Origin: Vicugna vicugna
Taxonomy: Eukaryota
Reading direction: 5' to 3'
Length of the DNA: 64,000 nt
NCBI GenBank assembly: GCA_013265495.1
Contig: MU060486.1
Span: forward strand, 930,001-994,000
Below, one piece after another: positions 25,051 through 36,361 of this stretch. The position numbers were made by a program, and so were the translations under genes. Every line of letters starts with the position of its first letter. Within the stretch, counting starts at the first letter, position 1. The notes below the pieces were generated by a model. It saw only the letters and a program-made list of their open reading frames with translations, was not told where the DNA came from and searched no databases.

Positions 25051-25536
25051 CTGAGTCATTAGGTTAAAATGGTGCTTTGATAGGAAAAGGGCAGGTTTTC
25101 ACTGGCTGGTGTGGTTTTGCCTGGAGACAGAAGAGGCTACTGAGTTATTCTCCAAAGGGGCTTGGGGGCAAAGTCCAAAGACTTTTGTTAGTCATTTAAA
25201 AAATGGAAACTGGGATATTTTTGAGGAAACTGAGGATCTGGACTCTTTCAAGAATTGGGACATAGGAGCCATGCCAGCGTCTGTTAAGAAGGACAGGCAG
25301 CCAGCGGCTCTGATGAATTTCTTATAACTCTGCCCCATGGGCTCCTTGTCCTCCGGGGCACCTGTGTGGGCACGTTGCTCTTCTCCAGGTTGGTGCTGAC
25401 GCGGCTCAGCTCTGCAGTCACTTAGATTGTCCGGCATCGGCCAGGAGTGCAGAGCCGGGGGACCAGCTGCTGGTCTCCATGGGCAGGCTGGTGGTCTGTG
25501 CCGGTGACCCCTGCCCCGGGGCATTCTGCTCTCATC

Positions 25537-26056
25537 TGTAGGGGAGGAGAGCCTTCCTCCACCTCTTAAGTTCTGTGACGAGGGCCTGTGAATTAAGCTG
25601 ACAAGAGACCCGTTAACAGGAGAAAAGCATTCAGATTTTACTTGATGTTCATATTTGTATGTGACCTTAGGGGCTTCATAGACCATTTTAACAAAGAGTG
25701 ATAAATAGTGGAGACATGACAAGACAAAAGGGCACTTGAACCATGGCTGGTAAGTTGTGGGACGGGGACTAGGACGCTAGCATACGGGGAAACCAGGGGA
25801 GGATCTGGGGCGTTTCAGGGGGTCTGTTCGCTCGGGTCCTTTTCGGTGCCGACTCCCAGTCTCTGGTGATAAGGATGTCCTTCCCGTCCTGGTGCGTGGA
25901 AATTTTCTCCCGGGAAATGTCATGTCCTGCTTTTAGGTAGAAAGGGGGAGGGCAGAGAACCCTTCCTGCACCTGCTATTTCTCAAGTGCCTTCAGCTCAA
26001 AATACCCGATAGAGGAAAGTGGTATATTTGGGGGTGACATGCCCTGAACCCCTTCA
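25537..26056 (-). mobile_element. ERV1 solo LTR (MER34-like)
   Basis: Minus strand starts TGAAGGGGTTCAGGGCATGTCACCCCCAAATATACCACTTT...TATTTTGAGCTGAAGGCA and ends CTCCTCCCCTACA. Flanks ctcatc / ctcctc. No PBS adjacent. Confidence 0.88.
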
Positions 26057-26645
26057 CTCCTCCGACAAAGGACAGAGCAGCAGCTGGGGATGCAGCTGCG
26101 TCTCCCCCTGTCCTGCCTCCCCAGCCCGGAAGGAAGTGCAGAACCGGCATCTCTTCTGGTCCACATGGTGTCTAAATATATTTCTGCAAAGGTTGCTATT
26201 GGTCTTTCATAAAAGAACCTCGGCTGCTACGCTGTCCAAGGTGGCGTTGCCCTTGGTCACCTGCCAGACCAGGCCAAGGGTGGGCCCAGAACAGGGCCCG
26301 CGTGGCCAGGTGCCCTGATGGTGGAAGCGGGGGTAGAGGAGTCCGCAGCCCCTTGGTGAGTCCCACCTACAGAGGCACTACAGCCTCATTAGCCACAGAC
26401 GCCTCGCTCGTGAAGCTGTCGGCGCCGGGCTCTCATGTCCACACTTTTAATGGTGCATTTGATTAGAAGGTAATTTTGTTCACTTGGCAGCAGTGGGACC
26501 TGTTTGGTGAGGCTCCCTTTCCTTCTTTCCCCACCTTTTCTCTCCTGGTGGAAACAGCTATAAACCCCTGATGTCTAAACTATCGAATAAGTAGAGTGAT
26601 GACTCTACAAAGTAACGTCGCCAAGTCCCCTCGACACCAGCCTTT

Positions 26646-26680
26646 GCGTGTGTGTGCGTGTGCACGTGTGTGTGTGTGTG
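26646..26680. repeat. Imperfect (TG)n
   Basis: Read directly. Confidence 0.9.
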
Positions 26681-26857
26681 CTACGTATAAACGGAATGAA
26701 GCGAAGAGTGAGCTTTCCGAATTCCTCGTCGGGTCCACACCTGGAGTCGTTTCCTTTCCAGCCTCGTGTTCTCCTCACCCCGAGTCCTGATCATCGACAG
26801 GGCTCCAAGGGCAGCACGCTTTGCAGATGGATTCCAGGTTCTTTTATTTCACTTTGA

Positions 26858-26975
26858 CTCCTAATCAGCCCGTGAGACAATTACGCCTCTGACGAGGGAC
26901 CCCGAACGCAGGGATGAGTCACCTGTCCCAGGGACCCTGCCCCCATCAGTAAACCAGGAATCCAAAACCAAACCC
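26858..26975 (-). mobile_element. MIR fragment
   Basis: ctcctaatcagcccgtgag...gatgagtcacctgtcccaggg...ccaggaatccaaaacc. Confidence 0.55.
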
Positions 26976-27421
26976 CCGTGGGAACCCGGCAGCCCGAGGT
27001 GTTATTTTTCTGGTCTCACGAATTGATCTTCTTTTCCCCATTCTGGGCAAAAATCTTAGCAGGGAATTTTTATGAAATATCAGTGTTGTCAAGGCACTGC
27101 CTTAGAGGCTCAGGTGAGAATATGTGTTATGAAGCGAGGAAATGACATATTCACGCGTGAGCTGCGCTCGGGAAGGGGCTTTGGGATTCATCAGCAGGAC
27201 CGAGCCTTGGAGAGGGGCTGGTCTGGGAGGGCTGCTTGGAAGAGATGAGAACAAGGAAGGGCCTTCGAGGTGGGAAAACTGGGTTCAGCCTCCCCTAGGC
27301 TTTGCGTTCGGAACCACCCTCCCGTTGGAAATGCATTGTAACCGGGGCCGACCTTGCCCCGGGCCACCTGGTAGCAGTGACTTTTAACAGAAGAAAAGCG
27401 GTTAAGCGCTGGGTCCCTGGG

Positions 27422-27435
27422 GCGCCCTCTGCTGC
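27422..27435 (-). promoter_or_regulatory. CTCF-like motif, identical to the site at 19715
   Basis: Minus strand GCAGCAGAGGGCGC, 13/14 match. Confidence 0.5.
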
Positions 27436-28084
27436 CCCTCCTTCAGCCCTGGGCCCAGCGCAGCCCCTCCGTGAAGCCTTTCTCGGCTTTCTGGGTTTTT
27501 TTTTTTTTTCCTTGTAAAAAGAGAGCAGGCATGAGGTGCAAAGCTGAGAATTGTGGGGTGCCACTGGCACCCTTTGGTTTTAAATTGAGACCTCAGCACA
27601 TAAAAAGGCTGCCGAGACGCAGAGATTTGGCTTCAGAAATTAAGGGCTGTCACTTCAGCCCGATTTCCTCTTCCCGGGCCTGCTCACCCGGCCCCGCCGG
27701 AGACAGAGACGGAAGAGAAGGGATATTTTACAGTGACAGGTTTAAACAGCCTCCATGTGTGCGGCGCCGTCATCTTTCATCTGAAGCCTCCTGGGCTCGT
27801 GCTGAGGGGCCCTGCTGGGTCCAATCTCCCTCCATAAATTCTTGGGAGGCCCCAGGGCTGCCTGGCAGCCAAAGCCCGCAGGAGGGGCTGCCCAGGGCCA
27901 GGGAGGGAGCAGGACCCCCCCCACCCAGAAAGGGAGGCCTCGCAGGGCAGTGCGCCCTCGGCTCTGCACACACCTGCGGGCCCTGCTGGGCACCAGTGGG
28001 CAGCTCAGGCCGGCCCCTCCCGGAGTGGACTCTGAATGAACTTGAAACTCCTGCCTGAGATTCCGCTTCCCTGGGGTCTAGTGG

Positions 28085-28200
28085 GAAGGGAAGCGGACTC
28101 AGAACCAGAAAACCTGGGCTCTGGTCCTGTTTCCCTCTGCGCGGTGCTGGGGGAGCTGCCCCGGGTTAACCTGTCCCACTTCGGCGTCCAGAGCTCCCCA
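28085..28200 (+). mobile_element. MIR fragment
   Basis: ggactcagaaccagaaaacctgggctctggtcctg...gggttaacct. Confidence 0.65.
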
Positions 28201-30235
28201 GGGCTGCTTCAGCTGGTACACCGGGGGTGGCAGTGTGGCCATGCTCGCCTCCAAGTGCTCCTGGGAGGGGCAGGCTGCCGTCCGTCTGGAAGTGTTCACA
28301 CAAGGTGTGCCGTGCCGGTGACTGGCCTGAACCGCGCTGTCCCCACAGTGACTGTGGGAGCGGGAGCCTCAATTGTGGGGGTAAGAGTCACCGATGCGCT
28401 GTTCTCATGGCAGAATGTGGGTATCAGGCTTCATGGCACTGACTCCGAGCCATTACTGTAATCAACGAACGGGGTCCCTCCCATCTGAGGGCGGAGGTCC
28501 CCTCGTAAAGATGAGAGCCTCAGCTAAGGCCCTGAGGAGCCCCCAGCCCCGCTCTCCAGGCTCAGTCCCCAGGGTCCAGCAGGAAATGGACCCAGGGCAT
28601 GCGGCTCCCTGGGCGGGAGCCTGACCCAGCTTCCCCTTGCAGTGGCCACAAAGCCAGCTCCTGCACGTGGGGAAGTCTCAGACGGAGAGGTGGCTTCGTT
28701 TTTCCCCTGGTTCCTGATACAGCTGTGCCCGCTGCTCCTTGTGAGGAGGAGAAAGCTGTCTGGGAGGCAGGTGGCCTCCTGGCTACTGTCTGGCTTGGCT
28801 GTGCAGCCGCCCTTCATGCTGGTGGGGGCGGGACTCGCAGACAAACTGCAGGCGACCCAGGCTAGGTGGGGGCGGTGGGGCGTGGGCCTGCCTTTCCTTC
28901 TCCCCTTGCTTTAAACTCCTGTGATTTTCCGAGCAATTCTCAGCTTGCTGGCTGAACTTGACAGCCACCGATCTATTTAAACTTTCAGTATTAAAGATCT
29001 CAGCTGCCTCTCCTGTTCAAGAATCACCCCTCCAGTTCAAGAAAGGCAGGTGCCCCCTCTAGACGGGTGGGGTTCGTGTCCCAGCAAAAACCTCTCTTTT
29101 CAAACTGGGCGATGGAGTACACAGGCCTATTATTGGAAACAGATGCATTTATGAATTTCAACATCCTATTAGTGGTGATGATCTCATCAAGTCACGAGAG
29201 CGGAGATACGTGGGCGCAGCTGACAGGTGATTTATGTGCTGAGGTGTCAGAGGAAGAGCGCGTCTCCAAGAGGGCCTCGGGGAGACGTGCGGGTGCAGCC
29301 GGGCGGCGGGGTCCCGTCAGTGTGACCCAGGCTGCTCCCCCGAGTGCCGGGGACCCTGGGGGGCGTCTGCAAGGCGGCAGCAGAGGGGGCGAGCAGAGTC
29401 AGGGTGGGGAGGGCTCGTGGGGAGCGCACCCGCCGCACACATGGCAGGTCCGTGGTACGGGTTTGGGCTGACAGGCAGACCAGCCAAGGTAAATCTCTTC
29501 TCCTCGATGTCATAATCTAACTGGAATTGATAAAATGAAATGTATTCGGGATCGCTCTCCATGCCACTGAGATTGGATCACGACAGGATGTACTGAATTA
29601 TGAATGTCTAAGTGGGGTGGGACTCCGGGGCGTCCCTGGATGTGAGCCATGCTGCCGCCGTTCGCGGCCTGGCGGGTGCCGGCTGCTCTGGGCCCTGGTG
29701 GCCGTGCCCCCAGCCCTGATCGCTGGTCCGATGCCCTCACAAGCTCCAGCCACGGAGGGAACTGAATCGGTCCCGTTAGCTTGACGTTAGTAGTGATGGA
29801 GAAGGTAATGGACTCCAGACATTTAATCTAGACATTCAAATGTCACGCACGATTGACCTACATCACCGCCGCGGCCAGAGAGGGCACAAGGAAGCGGGGT
29901 TGGGCATTTGTCCTCGGTGGCTTTTCTCGACAATCACCCTTCAGGTGTACAGGGAAGGGGGCTTTGTCTGGGCTGCAGTGGACACACAGACGGCAGCGTT
30001 TTAGAACCGAAGACTGCGGCTCTCCAGGGCGAGAGTCACCCCTGCCGAGATGACTGTCCACCCTCGGGTCCATCCCAGTGCCTGCCTGACCGGCGTGTGG
30101 GTGGGGTGGGCTGGGGGGAGAGAGGGGTGGAGATTCGGAAGCATTTGTTGAAGGAACCATAAGGTTGGTAAAGAATTTCAGGTGCATCAGATCTGTCTGT
30201 CCCTCAGCCTAACCCTCCTACTCTCGGAGGGCTCT

Positions 30236-30460
30236 GTGGGCAACCCAGAAAGTCTCAGATCCCAGCTTTGCCACTTAACTGCTGTGCAACCTGGTGCAAG
30301 TAACTTAACCTCTCTGTCCAGGTTCCTTGTCTGTAGAATGTCAGTCCCAGTAATGCCTGCTTCATAGGGCTGACTGTGGATACAGTGACTTTGCATGAAA
30401 AGCTCTTCGAAGAACATTTGGTATCTGTTACGGACACAAGTGCTACTTGCTGTTATTATT
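30236..30460 (+). mobile_element. Near full-length MIR
   Basis: cccagctttgccacttaactgctgtgcaacctggtgcaagtaacttaacctctctg...catagggctg...gctgttattatt. Confidence 0.9.
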
Positions 30461-30504
30461 AGAGGACGCTCCCGTCCTGCTTCCCATTGCTCTGTCCTTA
30501 TGCC

Positions 30505-30627
30505 TGATGAAGATGTGGAACTTGAACATGAAGGCGAGTATGTGTCTGTGCGTGCGCGACCGGGACAGGATGCTGTGCACCGGAAACTGGCACATCGTAA
30601 CTGACTGTACTTAAATTTTGAAAAAAC
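30505..30627 (+). mobile_element. L1 3' end fragment
   Basis: gggacaggatgctgtgcaccggaaactggcacatcgtaactgactgtactt. Confidence 0.8.
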
Positions 30628-30811
30628 ATACGAAACTCCGCCTTATAAAAATGTTTACTCTATCTGCTGTAACATCGGGCTGTCTTTCTTATGCTGACCT
30701 CAGAGAGGTGACAGTTGCTCCGTCAAAATGCCCTGTGGCCGCGGTCACACTCCCAGGACACGTGTTACGTTGCTGGGCCCTGGTTTACCTGCTTTTCTTG
30801 GGTAAACTCAT

Positions 30812-30950
30812 CTCATTCACACGGTCATCCCGTGGAGGAAGCTGAGATTGCTGTCTTCACCCCAAAGATGGGGACGCTGAGGCCCGGAGGAGCCGGGTGG
30901 GTGGCCAGGGTCGCCCGGTCAGTGAGCAGAAGAGCCGGCATTTGGATCTA
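30812..30950 (-). mobile_element. MIR
   Basis: aagatggggacgctgaggcccggagg...cagggtcgcccggtcagtgagcagaagagccggcatttg. Confidence 0.75.
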
Positions 30951-31639
30951 GGAGACTCCACGGGCTGGTGGAGTGGAATCAGAGCTTCTGTGGTTTTCCT
31001 GTTACCGTGGTTTCACGGATCTTCCTGAACACGGGTGAGCCTAGAAATCAGAGTATCTGTACTCGGTTCGCTTTATACAGTGACCTGACCTTGGCATCAA
31101 AGAATATTTTCCAGCCATAAATAGCAAAGCGCACGATTGCCAAATAAATGAGAGAATACTTGCTACCGTGAAGATGGCCCAGCAAACTGAATTATCATCA
31201 CTGCGTCTTGATTATAAGAAGAATAATGTGTGTTTAGGAGTAGTTCCTGTCCCCCGAGCACCTCACGGCTGTGCTAATTAGGCAGCCTGTTGACACGGCC
31301 AGGAGAGACGGCTCGGCCGTTTGTTTCCATGGAACTTAGGAGGGCCTCGAGCTTGGGATGGGGGGTCCGGGAAGAGCGATGGGAAAGCCGTCGGGGCGGA
31401 GCCCAGAGGAATGAGGGAGCAGGATCAGCGCCTCGCGTGCGGGATTCAGCCCTGGATCCAGTTCTCTCTGGACTGTGTAAATCAGAAGCTAATTACCGGG
31501 AGGGCTCCGTTTGTATCTTTATTGCTCTATTTACATTTTATGAAACCATCTGGTATCATTAATATGCTCAAAGCCAGTTTGGTTTTATTTGTAATTTTAC
31601 AGCAAAAGGAAAAGCCCCTTCCTTCCCGAGCAGGGGAGA

Positions 31640-33100
31640 CCCAGGCCGAGGGCAGGCCGGCGGCCGGTGGGGGCGCGCCTGGGGCTGGGTCAGTGCCTGC
31701 TGGGTCGGCTCCTCGCGGGGCCCGGGCTGGCTTCGGGGAGGCGGGGGGCTTTCCGGCAGGCTCGGTCTCTTGGAGGGTGCCTGGGCCAGGCGCTCTGAGC
31801 TGGGGGATAATGTGCGTCCCTGGGACTTGTGACGAGTTGTGTGGTGACAGGCTGGAGCACCGGGAACAAGCCCACCGGCTGCCCTTCCCGGGCGCCGAGC
31901 GGCAGTGAGTTGGGCCGAGGCGCCGCCGTCTCCAGCCAGACCCAGCTTCAGGCCTCCCAGAGGCCGCATACACGGAGGAGCCTGGGCGCCGTGTCGTCTT
32001 CCTCTGGTCCAGCTTCCCTAGGACTCAGCGCGGTGACCCGCTCGGCCGTGCCCGGGACATCAGAAACCACCTCCGGCCGCGCTTGGCTCAGGGGCTGATG
32101 GCAAAGGCCGCTACCGCATCTCGACCCGAAGTGAGCAGCTGCAGGAGGATTACAAGCGCTGGACCTTTTCGTTTTCATCTTGAGCGTTATCTCAGCCGGG
32201 CAGCTCTTGCAAACGAGGGCGAAGCTCCCTCCTGCTGCCCCCCGCCCCCTGCAGCACGCGCGGGCAAGACCAGGGCCTGCACCTGCAGCGCACTGGCTCC
32301 CTTGGTGCTGCTCTGGCTTAACACTTGGCCGCTCAGGGCAGGAGCGGGTGGGTCAGATGTGAGGAGACAGCCTTCAAAATCGAGAGGGCGAGCGCGAGTT
32401 AGCAACCAGGAGGCTCAATTTTAGGCCAGTTCCTGGCCCTGTAAGTAAGCGGGTGTGTGGGGAGCAGGGGTCCTTTTTTTTTTAAACAATGGAAACATCT
32501 TTCTTTCCGCTACAGAAAAACTTGTACTTCGTAACTGTCTGCAGGCCTTCCCTGCAGGTTTCAGAAACACAAAACAAAACCTTCCATTGATTCTGCTGAA
32601 AAATAGCCGCCGTTTCTTTCTCGAAGCGCCTCCCCCGTGCGGCTCCCGCCCCCGACCCGTCTCCGTGGTTTCCTGACTCTGCGTCCTTCTCCCTTCAGTC
32701 TGTCGTTTCTACGAGACATGATTGGGGGGAGGATCGGAGGCTTCGAGCAGGAAAGACAAACAAGTAAGCAAAGCCGCAGAAATGCTGCTTCTCCCAGAGG
32801 CGACCGCGGCCGGGCCGGACAGAACGCGTCGTCCTCCCCTCCTCCCCGCCCCTGCTCCCTTCAGGCCGCCTTGCTGGCGCCCCAGAACCAGCCGCAGACC
32901 CTCCTGCGCAGCAGGCTCCTGCCCGAGACGCTCCTGCACCGGGCGGGCGGCGAGCAGGGACGGTGGTCAGGTCGTGTGCTGGCTGACCTCGCAGGGCCGA
33001 GAACTCGCTTCCAGAGTCGGGCCTGGTCTGGAGCCCCATGCGGGCGGGCGGGTGGAGGCACCAGTTCTGCCCCAGGACCCTGCCCTTTGCCCCGATGTTT
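31640..33100. promoter_or_regulatory. CpG-island-like segment
   Basis: I counted about 5 CpG per 60 bp over 31621-32160 at roughly two-thirds GC (O/E about 0.7-0.8). It is only modestly above the CpG-rich background. Confidence 0.5.
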
Positions 33101-33957
33101 GTGGTTCTGAGGGAGGGGGGAGCCCGGCCGTCTCCGGGGACGTGAGGCTGGGCCAGGGTGCTGAAGGCGCTCTCACACCCTGTCCCTCGGCCCCGCCCTT
33201 GTCTCCTCCTGCACCACCCTGCCTGTCTGATTAATGACGGCACGCCCTCCTGCCTAACACCCCCACCTCACCGCTCCGCGTGTCCACAGGTCCATTTTAA
33301 TTCTGTCCTTCTTTTGGCATCTAGTTTACTTTGTATATAAACTGCTGATGCAAATGTCCAAAATAAATTATGCTGAATAATAGATGAAGACAGCTACATA
33401 ATTTAGAACACTGGAGGCCAGACAGCGCGGGAGGGGCCGGGTTCCAGCCTGCAGCCCCTCCTCAGCTGCTTACCGCTGCCGGCTGGCCGGGTGTACAGCC
33501 TTCAGGCTGGGAACCAACAGAGCAGGGTGTCCATGGCTCAGGGGCTCTTGTCTGAAGTGTGCGTCTGCCCCAGCAGTGGGCCCGTCCATGTCACACAGTC
33601 CTGGAAACAGTGTGAGTCACCCACCCCTCGGCTGGGATGCCGCGTCCCTCACTGCCCTCGGGGTAGCCCCAGCCCGGCCCTCACCACCACCCGCACCCCT
33701 GAAGCTCCTTCAGGTTCTCCGTTTCACTCCTGGGCCCTGGGCTGTCCCGGCGTCTCCTGTGCCCTCCCTGTGCCCCCACGTGGCGTCTGGTCATCCAGGG
33801 GCCTCTGAGTTCACTCAGGCTCCATCTTCCCCGTCTGGTGGCCTCAGCCCTGTGCATCCACAAGCTGTGAGCCGCCTTGCGTCTCTAGTCCTGAGGGTCC
33901 AGAATGACCCCCGGCTGCACATCTGGGGGCTCCGTACCCTCACCCACGCCGCTCTGA

Positions 33958-34048
33958 CCTCGGGAAGCTGTAGGTCCGGGGGAAGCGGGTGGGGGTAGAC
34001 CCGGTGTTAACAAAGGGGAGAGGGCTTTTCAACCCCTGGAAGCCAGCT
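33958..34048 (+). repeat. Dispersed direct repeat, copy 1
   Basis: 85/91 identical to 35579-35669, with no indels. Confidence 0.97.
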
Positions 34049-34361
34049 CTGCCCTGGAGGGCACGTTCAGAGGGGTCGTCCCATCCCATGTCTGCTCTGA
34101 TCGCCGCGAGTGTGACGTGGCTGAGGCCACAGCGTCAGTCTGACTGGCTCGCAGGGAATCTGGGTTGTGTGATTGTGAGATCAGGTCACCAGACTCGCAC
34201 AGGTCACCGCTCACCAGACAAAGTGTAAAAATGACGTTCTGTAACGGCTTCCTCTGGATCATCGTGTGCAGCAACCTGAGTTCCCTCCAGGCCTTGGGTG
34301 ACGGAGGCAGGTGTGGCCTCCCGCCTGCAGGCCTCACTCCCGCCCAGACACCTGGAGGCCT

Positions 34362-34429
34362 CTGGTCTGGTTGCTGTGGCCCCGGGGCGTGGACACTGGT
34401 CTGGGAGCTGTGGCCCAGGGGCGTGGACG
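34362..34429 (+). repeat. 34-bp tandem duplication (2 copies)
   Basis: ctggtctggttgctgtggccccggggcgtggaca / ctggtctgggagctgtggcccaggggcgtggacg, 4 mismatches. Confidence 0.95.
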
Positions 34430-35578
34430 CTGTACTAACAGACTCAGCGGCGGCCGAACGCCCATGATGGCTGAGGTAACGCCCCGGCTTGTGGGTGAGT
34501 GTCTGATTCCCTGGGAGGCCAAGCTCCCTGCTCCAGACCCGGGAGCCGAGTCAGACCGACAGCTGTGCTCCCTTCCCCCAGCAGCACAGGAAGGAGAGCG
34601 AGGGCTCAGGAAGCTGCGGAAAGGGCTGGAGAGCACGAGGCCCCAGTGCCCTGGGGACCCGGGTGCCCCTGGGGGTACCCACCGCTGCTCCTCGGTCGGT
34701 TGTCCAGAGGACAGGACTCCTTCCTCGCCTGAGCCCGTCCCCTTGTGCCTGCACTGCCGCGCGGTCGACAGCCCGCCCCTCGCTGCGCGGGTGGACGAGT
34801 GTGACCGGGCAGCAGCTGCATCAAGGGAGCCTTCTGAGCATCGTCACGAGGTTTCGGGTCTAAAAACGGACAGTGGGGTCGGGCCGTGACAGTCCTTGCC
34901 GAATGAGTTCTGATCTCATTTCCGACAGAAATGACGGAGGGGCAGTGTCACCGCGAGGTTGGTTCCGTCTGCTCTGCCGTCTGTGACTCACCAGCCAGGC
35001 CAGGGGGTGGAGGGTGGGAAACGGGAGCCGGGGCCTCTGGACTCGGGGGCTTTCGTGCGTTTGGCGGTTCCTGTGTCTCCCTTGGAGTCTGGGGCTTCAA
35101 ACTGGAGAAGGGCGAGACTGGGCGAGGCTTCAGAGCCCAGAGGCACGGCCTGGGGTCATTCCAGACCCTCAGGGCCAGAAACACAGAGGCCCCTGGACGT
35201 TGCTGTCTGTGAGGGAGGAGGCGAGAATGTAGCGGTGATGGGGTGGAGCGCTGAGTGGTTCTAAGCCCTGCGGTAAGGACAGCTCGGGCGGACAGCGGTG
35301 CCCAGGGGGCCTGCATCTCATGCCCCTTCCTGTGTGGGAGGCACAGGGCTGCTCGGGGCCACCTGTGCTGACCTCACACCCCTCGGCTCCAGGCACCTTC
35401 TCTGCTCTCTGGGAGGTTCCCGTCTGACAGCTGGAGCCCTAGGGGTATGAGAGCTGCCGAGGGGCTCGTCCACCCAGAGGTGCAGACGCTGTTCTTCGGG
35501 AGAATAACGGAAACCTTGGCCCTTCTGGGTCCTTCTCCCCTGTTTTAGTTCCTGAAGCACTTCTCAGGGTAGTGCCTC

Positions 35579-35669
35579 CCTCGGGAAGCTGTAGGTCCAG
35601 GGGAAGCGGGTGGAGGTAGAGCCGGTGTTGACAAAGGGAAGAGGGCTTTGCAACCCCTGGAAGCCAGCT
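35579..35669 (+). repeat. Dispersed direct repeat, copy 2
   Basis: 85/91 identical to 33958-34048. Confidence 0.97.
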
Positions 35670-36177
35670 TTTGCCTGGCTTCCTCCATCTGTCTGCCCAC
35701 AAGCGCTCCCGTGGGGACCGGGCGCCCTGACCCACACTGGCCCCCTCTCCCAGTGTGGAAGCTTGGGAAGACCTGTGCCAGACTCCACTGCCGGCTTCAA
35801 CCCCCAGCTTGGAGCTGTCTCAGGGCAGCAGGGCAGCACCAGTGTTCTGATGCTTGGTCAAGGCTGCAGGGTGACGATGAATAGAAACGATGTCACCGCA
35901 GCCGCCGTAGCAGCCAGAGCCTGGCTGGCTTGTGCAGGGAGCAGGTCCCAGCGCTGGCACGCAGGGATGCGGAACTGTGTGATGCTTCGCTGATAGTGGG
36001 GGTGCTGTCCCATCCACGGGACACGTACGGCACCCCTGATCTCTACACAGCAGACGCTGGCGGACCCCTGCCCCCAGGTGTCACCACCAGTGATCTCTGC
36101 AGTCGTCACCCTGTCCTGCATGAGGCGCTGCTGTCCTGAGTGCTGGCCACTGAGCCACGCAAGCCCAGCCTTCTCTG

Positions 36178-36361
36178 CTGCGGCAGCTCAAAGCCAGGTC
36201 CTTGTGTCCGCCCCAGTGGTGTCATCCGGGGCTGTTAGAGATGCAAGTTTTGACGTCACATGCAGACCCACTGAGTCAGGATGTCTGGCTGGGGGACCCG
36301 GGGTTTATGCATCGACAGCTCCCTGGTGATTCTGATCCATGCGAGGACTCGAGAAACACTG
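36178..36361 (+). mobile_element. MER5A (hAT-Charlie MITE)
   Basis: ctgttagagatgcaag...cagacccactgagtcagga...ggtgattctgatccatgcgaggactcgagaaacactg. Confidence 0.88.

Noticed and set aside
29175-29223. GTGATGA...CTGA snoRNA-like pair
   Set aside because: Only 49 nt, with no terminal stem.
29317-29562. Protein-like minus ORF MESDPEYISFYQFQLDYDIEEKRFTLAG
   Set aside because: No splice context or recognisable homologue; more plausibly non-coding AT-rich sequence.
33474-33551. Minus-strand ATG GAC ACC CTG CTC TGT TGG resembling an Ig/TCR leader, near an octamer
   Set aside because: In-frame stop after 10 codons, the octamer is on the wrong side, and there is no V exon or RSS.
33958-35669. Reading the doublet as LTRs of a small retroelement
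   Set aside because: No TG...CA termini, TSD, PBS or PPT.
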